Below, piece by piece: positions 1-9,077 of a DNA stretch of 64,000 nucleotides. The stretch covers positions 963-64,962 of the forward strand of contig JAYTXQ010000227.1 of the NCBI GenBank assembly GCA_043742825.1. Reading direction: 5' to 3'. Every line of letters begins with the position of its first letter. Position 1 is the stretch's first letter. The position numbers and the translations under genes were made by a program. Under the pieces are notes generated by a model. That model saw nothing but the letters and a program-made list of their open reading frames with translations. It was not told the origin of the DNA and made no database searches. The stretch comes from Caulobacteraceae bacterium (lineage in GTDB: Bacteria; Pseudomonadota; Alphaproteobacteria; Caulobacterales; Caulobacteraceae).

Positions 1-250
1 GCAGAGCCGCGCCGCCCACGCCAATGCCATGGCGGCGCGCCTGGCGGGCCTGATGCCGTTTGCACTGGCCCACTCGGTGCAGGCCAACGGCGTCTTCGTC
101 CACATGGATGAGCCGGCGCTGCAGCGCCTGCGCGCCAGTGGCTGGTTCGTTTATCGCTTTATCGATGGCAGTGTCCGCTTCATGTGCTCCTGGGCGACCA
201 AGCCTGAAGCCGTCGATGAACTGGGCGAGGCCTTGCGGAGTATCGTCTAG
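1..250 (+). CDS. threonine aldolase-like (beta-eliminating lyase family) protein, C-terminal fragment; 5' end outside window
   Basis: The frame of ORF 29..250 stays open back to the window edge and ends at TAG 248-250. The tail ...QANGVFVHMDEPALQRL...VRFMCSWATKPEAVDELGEAL matches my recollection of low-specificity L-threonine aldolase C-termini. No search run. Confidence 0.55.
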   Translation, partial: QSRAAHANAMAARLAGLMPFALAHSVQANGVFVHMDEPALQRLRASGWFVYRFIDGSVRFMCSWATKPEAVDELGEALRSIV

Positions 251-302
251 GCGTGGTTTTGTAGATGGAGACCCCACGCACCGCCAGAGGCCGACGCCGC
301 AG

Positions 303-1061
303 ATGTCAGAGCTGATAAATTTCCGCGATTTCGGCGGCCAGACGACTTCCGATGGCCGCAAGGTGCGCACCGACCGGCTGTATCGCTGCGGCCATATGGC
401 GGAGCTGGGCGAGCCGGCGATCGAGCAACTTCTGGGCCTGGATTTCAGCCTCATTGCCGACCTGCGCTATGTTTCGGAACGCGAGACAGATCGTTCACCC
501 TGGCCGGCGCACTATGAGGACCGGATCTTTGCTCATGACGGCGAACGCAACAGCGTCGCGCCACACGTGGCTCTGCTCAGCAGCGATACGGTTGATGCGA
601 CGATGGTCGCCGGGTTTTTTGGCCGGTTTTATCCTGAGCTGCCGTTTCACGATTTCTATCGGCCCCTGTTCGCTCGCACCGTCCTGGCTATGGCCGACAA
701 CAGCGGTCGCAGCCTGATCCACTGCACCGCCGGCAAGGACCGCACCGGGGTGCTGTGTTTTCTTATTCTCACCAGCCTGGGGGTTCCGCGCGATCAGATC
801 ATGGCCGACTATCTGCGCTCTTCAGGTGCGCCCGGCCTGATCGCCATGAAACCCAGAATGATCGCGCGCACCCAGAGGCAATATGGCCAGATCCTCACCC
901 CTGAGGCGGCCGCCGTGATGGTGGATGTGAAACCTGACTATCTGCTGGGGGCCATCGCTGCCGTGGAAACCCAATGCGGATCGGTCGAAGCCTATCTGGC
1001 GCAGAGCGGTGTCGACAGCGCCGCACTTGATCGGCTGAGAGATCAACTGCTGGAAAATTGA
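303..1061 (+). CDS. protein tyrosine/serine phosphatase (CX5R family)
   Basis: ORF 60..1061. I chose ATG 303 (MSELINFRDFGG...) because the upstream part overlaps the previous gene. The catalytic P-loop HCTAGKDRTG is present. Confidence 0.8.
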   Translation: MSELINFRDFGGQTTSDGRKVRTDRLYRCGHMAELGEPAIEQLLGLDFSLIADLRYVSERETDRSPWPAHYEDRIFAHDGERNSVAPHVALLSSDTVDATMVAGFFGRFYPELPFHDFYRPLFARTVLAMADNSGRSLIHCTAGKDRTGVLCFLILTSLGVPRDQIMADYLRSSGAPGLIAMKPRMIARTQRQYGQILTPEAAAVMVDVKPDYLLGAIAAVETQCGSVEAYLAQSGVDSAALDRLRDQLLEN

Positions 1062-1151
1062 TCGATTGCGCCGGGCCAGTCGATAGACATGACGGGTGCG
1101 GGCATGCCAGTACACCGCTTCGATCCCCCCATCACTTCATAAGGACGATCT

Positions 1152-1526
1152 ATGTTTTCCCACATTATGATTGGCACCAACAACCTTGACACTTCCAAGG
1201 CGTTCTACGATGCGCTGCTGGGCACCTTGGATGTCGCCCCGGCCGCCGTCGATGGTAATCGGATTTTCTATTTTACCCCGACTGGCATCTTCTCCGTCTC
1301 TCAGCCGATCAACGGTGAGCCGGCAACCCATGCCAATGGCGGTACCATAGGCTTCGCCGCCAGTTCACCGGCACAGGCCGACGCCTGGCATGCGGCGGGC
1401 GTCGCCGCCGGCGGCACCACCTGTGAAGATCCCCCCGGCGTGCGCGAAGGCAATGCCGGCAAGATGTATCTGGCCTATCTGCGTGATCCGGACGGCAATA
1501 AGATCTGCGCCCTGCACCGGATGTAG
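1152..1526 (+). CDS. VOC (glyoxalase/bleomycin-resistance/dioxygenase) family protein
   Basis: 124-aa ORF with AAGGA 6-7 nt upstream of the ATG. N-terminus MFSHIMIGTNNLDTSKAFYDALL and C-terminus YLRDPDGNKI are typical VOC-fold signatures. Confidence 0.8.
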   Translation: MFSHIMIGTNNLDTSKAFYDALLGTLDVAPAAVDGNRIFYFTPTGIFSVSQPINGEPATHANGGTIGFAASSPAQADAWHAAGVAAGGTTCEDPPGVREGNAGKMYLAYLRDPDGNKICALHRM

Positions 1527-1555
1527 GATTACCCCGCAGGTGATGGTGAGGCGGT

Positions 1556-2632
1556 TCAGGCCGCTTCGACCATTGCCGTGGTGGTCAGGTATTCACCGTC
1601 CAGCCACATGACGACCTCGCGGGCGGCGGCATGGTCGATGGCGGCGTAACGCTCACGCAAGCGCCCTGCCCGCTCGCCCAGTCGGTCGAGGCCGGTATCC
1701 TGGAGCAGGTTCAGGTGCCGGTCGATCAATTCGCCCAGTTCCTCGCCCAGCAGAGCCTTGGCGGCGGCGCGAAAAGCGGTGCCATATTCATAAGCCTCGC
1801 CCAGGCGGTAACTATCGGCCAGGGTCAGGGCCGGGACGCAGGAAAGGGTCGGCTGCAATGCCGGATTGATCGCGTGGCCGGCGATGTGGGGCGCAAGGTC
1901 TGCCGGGCGGCCGGTAAAGGCGCGCAGATGCAGAGACTGCGACATCACCGGGGAATCGTTGACCGGGTAGTTATCCCACACCAAAGGCTTACGGCGCAGG
2001 GTTTCGCCAATGCGCTGCACATGGCCAGACGTGAACTCACGCGAGCACACCTCTTCGCCGGTCCAGAAGATGTCGATTGAGGCATCGAGGGTGCGACCGA
2101 GGTCGGCCAGATATTGCGGCGGCCGGTTGCCAAACACTCGGTCGAGCATGGTTGTGTCACTGTAATAGGTCGGGCACAGGATCAGACGTTTCGCACCCAT
2201 CCGCTGCGCGATCCAGTGCAGGATTTCCACCTGCGTCCTGGCCAGATCCGCAACATCGCCGCGCATATCATCGAAGAGGATCGCCAGAACCTGAACCCCC
2301 ATAGCGTCCAGGGCCGCAAGCTTCCGTGACAGCGCCGCTTTGGCTTCGGCATCGAAGTTGAGAAACAGCTCATATGGGCTAAGACCGACGCCGAAACTGA
2401 CCCCCGCCGCGGTGCAGACTGCGGCCGTATCCTTGAGCCCCTGAGCCATATCTGCGGGGTGATCTTCCCGCCAGCGCCGACGCAGGAAGCTGTCGAATTT
2501 CGGGGCATAGATGAAAAATTCATAGCCATGTGGGGCCAGCGTCCGGATGGTTCTGGCCCGATCCTCCCACGACCAAATCTTGCCGTAGTAGCCTTCGATA
2601 ATGCCGAGGGACGGACTAACGGGATGCTTCAT
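1556..2632 (-). CDS. GH84-like beta-N-acetylglucosaminidase (O-GlcNAcase/NagJ-type catalytic domain)
   Basis: 358-aa ORF. The N-terminus GIIEGYYGKIWSWEDRARTIRTLAPHGYEFFIYAPKFD matches the GH84 (G-x-E-G-F-Y-G...YAPKDD) opening motif. Confidence 0.7.
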   Translation of the reverse strand: MKHPVSPSLGIIEGYYGKIWSWEDRARTIRTLAPHGYEFFIYAPKFDSFLRRRWREDHPADMAQGLKDTAAVCTAAGVSFGVGLSPYELFLNFDAEAKAALSRKLAALDAMGVQVLAILFDDMRGDVADLARTQVEILHWIAQRMGAKRLILCPTYYSDTTMLDRVFGNRPPQYLADLGRTLDASIDIFWTGEEVCSREFTSGHVQRIGETLRRKPLVWDNYPVNDSPVMSQSLHLRAFTGRPADLAPHIAGHAINPALQPTLSCVPALTLADSYRLGEAYEYGTAFRAAAKALLGEELGELIDRHLNLLQDTGLDRLGERAGRLRERYAAIDHAAAREVVMWLDGEYLTTTAMVEAA

Positions 2633-2706
2633 TTAAACTAACGCGAAACCAAGGCGCGGCAGGACCGTCCGCATGTATCTTGTTGATGTTTCGAATTTTT
2701 AAAAAC

Positions 2707-2850
2707 CTCCCTCCCCTTTATGGGGAGGGTGGATCGCGCGTAGCGCGAGACGGGTGGGGCTTGTCGCCGCACTGCCCATGTTGGCGATCGGCTGCTGTGC
2801 CCCACCCTGATCGCTTCGCGATCTGTCCCTCCCCATAAAGGGGAGGGAGG
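2707..2850. repeat. REPIN-like composite palindromic element (GGGGAGGG double-hairpin family), copy 1
   Basis: Two inverted arms of about 52 nt (2707-2760 and 2799-2850). Each arm has hairpin CCCTCCCC-TTTAT-GGGGAGGG, a second short GC hairpin, and GGGTGGGGC. The same family recurs at 7809-7954. Confidence 0.85.
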
Positions 2851-2897
2851 AAGGAAACGACGCGTATAATCACGACAATCATCGTACGCACTGGACA

Positions 2898-3557
2898 TCA
2901 CTGCAGCGCCAGCCATTGCTGGATGGAGGCGACAACCGGTTCCAGGCCGTTAAAGCCGCGAGTGATCATCGCGAAGGTGCCATCGGCGTTGGGTCCGACG
3001 ATCAATGTTGGGAAGCCACTAACGCCGGTATTTTGCGACAGCTCATAGTCGTTCCAGGTTTCCCGGCTAAGGGTTTCGTCGTCCAGGGCGGCGCGAAACA
3101 CTGCGCGATCCTCACCCAGCTCAGCGGCGAGATCGGCCAGCACGTCCCGGCTGGTGACATCCAGCCCGCGAAGATAGAAGGCAGTGTGGGCCGCCTTGAG
3201 CATGGCCAGGCCCAGAGCCGGACTCTGCCGCCGCGCCAGGGCCACGGCGCGGCAGGCCGGATCGGTGTCATAAACAAAAGTGCCCGTGGTGATGACGCTG
3301 GGGCCAAACGGTTGGCCAGAGGCTTCGTGAATCTGATCCCAATGACCTTGCAAGTCCGCGCCGGCCTTGGCGGTCATCGGCACGGTGTTTCCGGGGCGCA
3401 GGCCGCCCAAGATAAGGCGAATGGGCAGGACTTCCTCAAACGTCTGCTCCACCTGTTCGATCACCGGCTGGAACCCGTAACACCACGAACACATGGGGTC
3501 GGCGAAATAGATCAGGTGCGGCCCATGTGCCCCAGCGGCTTCAGATAACTCAGTCAT
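2898..3557 (-). CDS. DsbA-family thioredoxin-fold protein
   Basis: 219-aa ORF with a CxxC motif in the context YFADPMCSWCYGF, typical of DsbA-like / 2-hydroxychromene-2-carboxylate-isomerase-like proteins. Confidence 0.75.
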   Translation of the reverse strand: MTELSEAAGAHGPHLIYFADPMCSWCYGFQPVIEQVEQTFEEVLPIRLILGGLRPGNTVPMTAKAGADLQGHWDQIHEASGQPFGPSVITTGTFVYDTDPACRAVALARRQSPALGLAMLKAAHTAFYLRGLDVTSRDVLADLAAELGEDRAVFRAALDDETLSRETWNDYELSQNTGVSGFPTLIVGPNADGTFAMITRGFNGLEPVVASIQQWLALQ

Positions 3558-4738
3558 CAGGCGACCCGGGCATCAGGGAAAATGCGCAGGAAGTTTTCGG
3601 CGTAGAAGCGGTCTCGCACGGGCTCGGGGCGCTCGCCCAGTGCCGCTTCAAAGCGGGCGATGGGATTGCGGCCGCCTTCCACGTGCGGATAGTCGCTGGA
3701 AAACAGATACAGATCGTCGCTGGATTGATCGATCAGATCGCCGACCTCTTCGAAGACAAAGGGGGTGAAAGCCATCTGGGCGCGCAGCTGCTGCGACGGG
3801 GTGCGGGTGAATTTGGCCAGGTTTTCGTCGACCCGGCTCCAGTGCTTGGCCACCCAGTCCAGGCGGGTCAGCATGGAGGGGACCCAGCCGGCCCCAAGCT
3901 CAACACTGGCCCCGCGAAGTTTGGGAAAGCGTTCGAAAATCCCGTCGATGACCATGATCGACAAAAAGGTCTCCGGTCCCTGGTGCAGGACCGCTGCATC
4001 GCGGGTGCGCAGGTTCTCGCCGCCGCCCATCCAGTCGCGGGTCGCCGGCCGGCCGGTATTGGCCCAGGGCTTGGCCAGTTGCAGCGGCGATCCGCCCACA
4101 TGCAGAACAAACGGCACGCCGGCCTCTTCCAGGCGGGCCCAGAACGGATCCAGGTCGATGTGAGTGGGTGAGCGATCACCACAATAGCGGTGCGGCACCC
4201 AGATCGCCTTCAGCCCGGCGGCAAGACACCACTCCAGCTCCTCAATCGCCAAGGCCGCATCATCCAGGGGCACGATGCCGACGCCCAGGAGGCGCGCGTC
4301 ATGGCCGCAAAAATCCACCATATGCCGGTTGTGCGCCCGCGCCGCGCCGTAACGCAGCTTCGGGTCCAGCTTAGTTGAGGGGTTGAACGGCATGGCCACG
4401 CTGTGGGTGGCAAAGACCAGTTGCTTTTTGAAGCCCAGCATATCCATGGCCTGACGCCGATCACCGCCGTCAAAGGCCCCGAGCGCCTGAATTTCCTTGG
4501 ATTTCTCGATCAACTGATCGCCCAGACCGATCATTTCGGCCAGATGCGCATCACTGTGCCGCCCGCCCTGAGCCATGATCACCGCGACCTCTTCGTCGGT
4601 GACCAGAGAGGCGCTGTAGCTGACCAGGGGCACCTGATCGCGCAGGCCTGGATCAGCATATTTCTTCAGGAAATCCGGCAACTCCATGATGTGACTATCG
4701 GCATCATAAAAGGCACGGTGCGCGGGGGCATAGGTCAT
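3557..4738 (-). CDS. amidohydrolase-2 (ACMSD-like metal-dependent hydrolase) family protein
   Basis: 393-aa ORF. It opens with FYDADSHIMELPDFL (the metal-binding D-x-H region) and has a high-GC3 coding pattern. Confidence 0.75.
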   Translation of the reverse strand: MTYAPAHRAFYDADSHIMELPDFLKKYADPGLRDQVPLVSYSASLVTDEEVAVIMAQGGRHSDAHLAEMIGLGDQLIEKSKEIQALGAFDGGDRRQAMDMLGFKKQLVFATHSVAMPFNPSTKLDPKLRYGAARAHNRHMVDFCGHDARLLGVGIVPLDDAALAIEELEWCLAAGLKAIWVPHRYCGDRSPTHIDLDPFWARLEEAGVPFVLHVGGSPLQLAKPWANTGRPATRDWMGGGENLRTRDAAVLHQGPETFLSIMVIDGIFERFPKLRGASVELGAGWVPSMLTRLDWVAKHWSRVDENLAKFTRTPSQQLRAQMAFTPFVFEEVGDLIDQSSDDLYLFSSDYPHVEGGRNPIARFEAALGERPEPVRDRFYAENFLRIFPDARVA

Positions 4739-4820
4739 CGGCGTTCCTCTTAGCTTTTCACCAGTTTGAGCCGGTGCTGTGCATTTGTCACGCGTGTGGC
4801 GGCGAGGTGGGAAGAATCTT

Positions 4821-4950
4821 CCGCAGATTACGCAGATTTAGGCAGATGGGGACAGTTTGTCCGGCAAAGCTCAGAAAATCCAAAACGGCGAGATTATCGC
4901 CTGCGGCGCAAGCACCGACCGCCATCTGTATAAATCTGCGTTATCTGCGG
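4821..4950. repeat. MITE-like element with 29-nt terminal inverted repeats made of three phased GCAGAT motifs, copy 1
   Basis: Left arm 4821-4849 is CCGCAGATTACGCAGATTTAGGCAGATGG. Right arm 4922-4950 is CCATCTGTATAAATCTGCGTTATCTGCGG, a near-perfect reverse complement. Same architecture at 39230-39368 and 63764-63894. Confidence 0.85.
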
Positions 4951-4972
4951 AAAACTGGTCGCTGTCAGGGAT

Positions 4973-6403
4973 TCACGCGCCTGGCCCGTAGACCAAGGCC
5001 TTCCACGCCGCGAAACGGTTATCGGCTTCATCGGCGCTGATCTTTGGCAAATAGGTTTTGTCGTAACGGCGGAAGGCTTCGACATCTCCCGATTGGAGCA
5101 AACCGACCCCCCGACCGGCGCAGATGGCGGCCCCGCAGGCGGTGGCTTCGGCTATGGCGTGACGGCGGATGGGCAGCTTCAGCATGTCGGCCTGGATTTG
5201 CAGGAAGGTCTCATTGCCAGTCAGTCCCCCATCGACGCCCAGCGCCTCTGGCAGAGCGACCTCGGCCAGACCGAAGACGTGTTCGGCTGCCTCCCTGACG
5301 CGAAAGGCGATGCCCTCAAGGCCGGAGCGAGCGATGTGTGCAGGGCCCACTGCGGAATTCAAGCCGGCGACAGCGGCGCGCTGGTTGGGGTCGCCATGCG
5401 GCGCGCCTAGGCCCTGTAGAGCGGGAAGAAAGGCTGCGCCGGTTGTTCCGGCGACGCTGGCAGCGGATGCCTCAAACCGTCGATGATCCCCCAATCGCCA
5501 CAGTTGTCGCATCCAATCCAGCGCTGAGCCTGCGGAAAGCACCATGCCTTCAAGGCAGAACAGGGTCTCCCCGCCGCTGGCGCTCAGCACAAACGGCGGC
5601 GCGGTCATGGACTTGAACACCAGCTCGGAGCCAGTAGAAAGATTGAGGGTTGCCGACGTGCCAAAAGTGACCTTGGCCGTGCCTGCCGCCTCGCCATGGG
5701 CGATCAGGGCGCTTTGCTGGTCGGCAATATCGGCGGCGATCGGCACGCGGGCACCGAACACGGAGACGTCGGTGTGGCCCATGACGCCCTGGGTATCGAC
5801 CATTCGTGGAAAGGCCAGGTCACCCAGCCCCTGGTGCGCGATCAGCGCGGTATTCCAGGTGCCCTTGAACAGGTCGAAATAGCCCGTCGGCCAGCATTGG
5901 CTGGCGTCTGTGGCATGCACCGCGCCGCCGCTCAGCTTCCAGATCAGAAAGCTGTCGAGCGCGCCCCAGGCGAGGTCACCCAGGGGCCGGCCCACGTTGG
6001 CCAGGACCCCTTCAAGCTTGGTCGCCGCCTGTTGCGGGGCGAGCATGAACCCGGCGGCGGCCAGTTCTCGGGCCCGCTCGACGCCGCGCAGATCGCTCCA
6101 GATCACCATGGGGGCAACAGGCCGACCGGTGCGGCGATCCCAGAGGACGATGCTGGTTCTTTGCGTGGTCACACCAATGGCGGCGATGTCGGAAGGCGCA
6201 CGGCCAGCCTGATCCAGGGCCTGGGCCAGCACCCGACGGGTTGTACGCCAGACTGTATCGGCGTCTTGTTCCACCCGTCCCGGTGCCGGATTACGTGAGC
6301 GCAAGGGCGCGCGGGCTAGGGACAACTGCGCTCCGGCGGGACTAAAAACTGCTGCGCGGGCCGTCGTGGTGCCGATATCCAGGGCCAGGATGAGCTCAGG
6401 CAT
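4973..6403 (-). CDS. FGGY-family carbohydrate kinase (glycerol/xylulose kinase-like)
   Basis: 476-aa ORF. N-terminus LILALDIGTTTARAAVF is the FGGY phosphate-1 motif. It overlaps the upstream oxidase gene by 8 nt (6396-6403). Confidence 0.85.
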   Translation of the reverse strand: MPELILALDIGTTTARAAVFSPAGAQLSLARAPLRSRNPAPGRVEQDADTVWRTTRRVLAQALDQAGRAPSDIAAIGVTTQRTSIVLWDRRTGRPVAPMVIWSDLRGVERARELAAAGFMLAPQQAATKLEGVLANVGRPLGDLAWGALDSFLIWKLSGGAVHATDASQCWPTGYFDLFKGTWNTALIAHQGLGDLAFPRMVDTQGVMGHTDVSVFGARVPIAADIADQQSALIAHGEAAGTAKVTFGTSATLNLSTGSELVFKSMTAPPFVLSASGGETLFCLEGMVLSAGSALDWMRQLWRLGDHRRFEASAASVAGTTGAAFLPALQGLGAPHGDPNQRAAVAGLNSAVGPAHIARSGLEGIAFRVREAAEHVFGLAEVALPEALGVDGGLTGNETFLQIQADMLKLPIRRHAIAEATACGAAICAGRGVGLLQSGDVEAFRRYDKTYLPKISADEADNRFAAWKALVYGPGA

Positions 6404-7793
6404 CGGGGACCAGGACGCCGGGGTTCATCATGGCGGTAGGATCCAACGCTGCCTTCACCTTGCGCAACAGTCCCACTCCCTCGCTGCCAAGTTCCTGCGT
6501 CAGCCACTCGCGCCGCACCCGGCCGATACCGTGATGGTGGGCCAGGGAACCCCCATGACGGGTGGTGGCCTGCATGATCCGCCGCCAGCCGTCGAAATAG
6601 ACCGCCTCCATCTTCGCCGGGTCGGGCACGTTCACCGCGAAGGTGAAATAGAGATTGAGGCCGGTGCGATAGAGGTGCGAGCTATGGGCTGAGCCGGCTA
6701 GTACCCCGTCGATCTTGGCCAGGTCCGCCACAGCGTCATCGTATATCGCTCCGATCACATCCCAGCCGCCAGAGATTTCTACCGTATCCAGAACGATTCC
6801 GCGTTCGAGAAACTGGTTCCAGTGCGGCACATGATTGCGGTTCTTCAACCAAGTTTCGACGATATCACTCGGCGCTGCGGTCGCGTCTGCCTGGGCGGCC
6901 AGATCCGCCACCCCGGCGACCTCAGCATCGACCAGGCTCTGGGGGCCTTCATGGACCATGATCAACACACAGGTCTCGGCGCGGGCATCAAGGCGGCGGG
7001 CCTCGCGCTCATCATATTGACGTACCACCGGCGGTGCCCAGCCGGTCTGGATGATCTCGCGTTGCAGGGCAAAGCCGGCGGCCATGTCTGGTACCCACCA
7101 GGCACTGACCGCTCTGGCGGCGGGGGCCCGTCGCAGTTTTAGCGTCACGCCGGTGATCACGCCTAAGGTGCCTTCCGAACCCAGCATCAGGTGGCGCAGA
7201 TCGGGACCCGCTGAGGCCCGCGGCCCTTTGCCCAGGACCACCAGTTCACCGGTGGGCAGCACCGCTTCGATACAATGGACGATGTCTTCGATGTTTCCGT
7301 AGGCGGACGAAAACTGACCCGACGCCCGCGTGGCGACCCAACCACCGACACTGCTAACCGCGATGGACTGGGGCCAGTGGCCAATGGTCAGCCCTTGAGC
7401 TGCTACCGCCTCTTCAGCTTCCAGCCCGTTTTTGCCAGCGTCGAAACTGGCCAGCAGGTTAACTGGGTCGATCCCGCGCACCTGGTTCATGGCGCTCATG
7501 TCCAGAACCACGGCGTCCGGTGAAGCCACGACACCGCCGACAACACCGCTGCCCAGGCCAAAGGGAATGACCGGCACACCGTGCGCCCTGGCGACACTCA
7601 ATGCCGCCTGAACGTCAGCCACACTGGTCGGGCGCACGACGCAAACCCCCTGCGGCCCGGGCGTGCCGATATGATCGCGCACATGGCTGACCACCCAATA
7701 GTCATGGCGACGCGCAGCCAGGGTCACCGGATCGGTCAGGACCTTGGCCTCGCCTATTGCCGCACGCAATTCGGTGATCAGGGGTCTGCTCAT
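6396..7793 (-). CDS. FAD-binding (FAD-linked, PCMH-type) oxidase
   Basis: 465-aa ORF. It has the FAD_binding_4-type region VVRPTSVADVQAALSVARAHGVPVIPFGLGSGVVGG and a GlcD/ADPS-like C-terminal domain ...HHHGIGRVR. Confidence 0.85.
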   Translation of the reverse strand: MSRPLITELRAAIGEAKVLTDPVTLAARRHDYWVVSHVRDHIGTPGPQGVCVVRPTSVADVQAALSVARAHGVPVIPFGLGSGVVGGVVASPDAVVLDMSAMNQVRGIDPVNLLASFDAGKNGLEAEEAVAAQGLTIGHWPQSIAVSSVGGWVATRASGQFSSAYGNIEDIVHCIEAVLPTGELVVLGKGPRASAGPDLRHLMLGSEGTLGVITGVTLKLRRAPAARAVSAWWVPDMAAGFALQREIIQTGWAPPVVRQYDEREARRLDARAETCVLIMVHEGPQSLVDAEVAGVADLAAQADATAAPSDIVETWLKNRNHVPHWNQFLERGIVLDTVEISGGWDVIGAIYDDAVADLAKIDGVLAGSAHSSHLYRTGLNLYFTFAVNVPDPAKMEAVYFDGWRRIMQATTRHGGSLAHHHGIGRVRREWLTQELGSEGVGLLRKVKAALDPTAMMNPGVLVPDA

Positions 7794-7808
7794 GGCCGTA
7801 CCTAAATT

Positions 7809-7954
7809 CCTCCCTCCCCTTTATGGGGAGGGACAGACGGCGAAGCCGTCAGGGTGGGGCTTGGAGCAACCGCGACGCCGTGTGGGAATTCCAAAGCGCC
7901 CCACCCGTCTTTTCGCTACGCTCAAATCCACCCTCCCCATAAAGGGGAGGGAGG
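7809..7954. repeat. REPIN-like composite palindromic element (GGGGAGGG double-hairpin family), copy 2, inverted relative to copy 1
   Basis: Arms at 7809-7860 and 7898-7954. Its left arm matches the reverse complement of copy 1's right arm, and vice versa. The central spacer is not conserved. Confidence 0.85.
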
Positions 7955-7993
7955 CCGGGTGGAAGCCCGGCGACGGTGGATCAGTGGTCAGTG

Positions 7994-8302
7994 TTAGAGA
8001 ATGAGAGCCTTTACCAGCAGGACCGTGGTCAGGCCGCTGTTCCATTCGGTGTCGGGATAACGATCAGCTTCCACATAGCGACGTGCCCGACAGAACGCCT
8101 GGCTCCTGAGATTAAAAGTGTCGGTCTCGAGCCGCTCGGCGGCATAAACGGAGGGCCGGTCCTCATCCCTAAATGCCTCGGCGGCCAGCGGCGTGATGTT
8201 CGGCAGCCAAGTTCTCTCAAAGGTATCGTACAGGATAGCCCGTAGAGCCGACGCGTCGGCAGCGAGGGCCTTGCGGATGCGGGTGGGGTCAGGCGGCGGC
8301 AT
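7994..8302 (-). pseudogene. possible GNAT acetyltransferase remnant (N-terminal part only)
   Basis: The 102-aa ORF starts IRKALAADASALRAILYDTFERTW (GNAT-like N-terminus) but lacks the acetyl-CoA motif. A second overlapping frame (8029..8334) suggests a frameshift. The ORF runs into the repeat at 7809-7954. Confidence 0.3.
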
Positions 8303-8308
8303 AGGACC

Positions 8309-9058
8309 CTAGCTTCGCGTGAAAACCGGTGCACGTTTCTCGCGGAAGGCCGCTACCGCTTCGCGATGATCGTTACTGGCGCGCAGCTTGCCGACCGCGT
8401 CGTGCTCCCAGGTTGCGGCGTCGTGCGGCGAGAGATCAATGGCGCGTTCGGCGTATGTTTTCACCGACTCCACCGACAGCGGTGCGCGGCTGGCGATCCG
8501 GGTGGCCAGGGCCAGGGCCGCGTCCTGTAGCGTGTCTGGCGCGTGCAGTGCGGTCACCAGACCCCACCTTTCGGCGACCTGCGCATCATGCGGCAAGCCG
8601 GTGAGCAACATGGCCTTGGCGCGCGAGACCCCGATCAGGCGCGGCAGGCGATAGGCCGAGGCCATCAGACCCATATTCACCCCCGCCGCCACAAAGGTCG
8701 CGCCGGTGGCGGCGATGCGGATGTCGCAGCTGAGTGCCAGTTCCAGCCCGCCGCCCATGCAATGGCCGTTGATGGCGGCAATGACGGGCACGCGTGAGCC
8801 GGCCACGGCGGCTATGGCCACCGCGAAGCCCGCACCGGTTCCGCGCTCACCGCCACCCTTCAGATCGGCCCCGGCGCAAAAGGACACGCCCCGTCCGGTG
8901 AGCACGACCACTCTAACGCTAGTATCGGCGTCGCTCTGGGCAAACGCGTCGGCCAACTGGAGACACATGTTTTGCCCCAGCGGATTCATCGGCGGATTGT
9001 CGATCTCCAGCTTGACGACGCCCGCGGCGGGCCGGGAGATGTGCACGGTTGCGGTCAC
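8309..9058 (-). CDS. enoyl-CoA hydratase/isomerase (crotonase) family protein
   Basis: ORF 8309..9211. I chose GTG 9058 (VTATVHISRPAAGVVKLEIDNPP...) because it lies just after the upstream gene's stop (9078). Crotonase motif VVVLTGRGVSFCAGADLKG is present. Confidence 0.75.
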   Translation of the reverse strand: MTATVHISRPAAGVVKLEIDNPPMNPLGQNMCLQLADAFAQSDADTSVRVVVLTGRGVSFCAGADLKGGGERGTGAGFAVAIAAVAGSRVPVIAAINGHCMGGGLELALSCDIRIAATGATFVAAGVNMGLMASAYRLPRLIGVSRAKAMLLTGLPHDAQVAERWGLVTALHAPDTLQDAALALATRIASRAPLSVESVKTYAERAIDLSPHDAATWEHDAVGKLRASNDHREAVAAFREKRAPVFTRS

Positions 9059-9077
9059 GAAGGAATATTCCCCATAA

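Noticed and set aside
4821-4950. Short repeated GCAGAT units considered as a possible CRISPR or iteron array.
   Set aside because: There are only three 6-nt units per arm, the arms are inverted copies of each other, there is no regular repeat-spacer structure, and there are no cas or rep genes.
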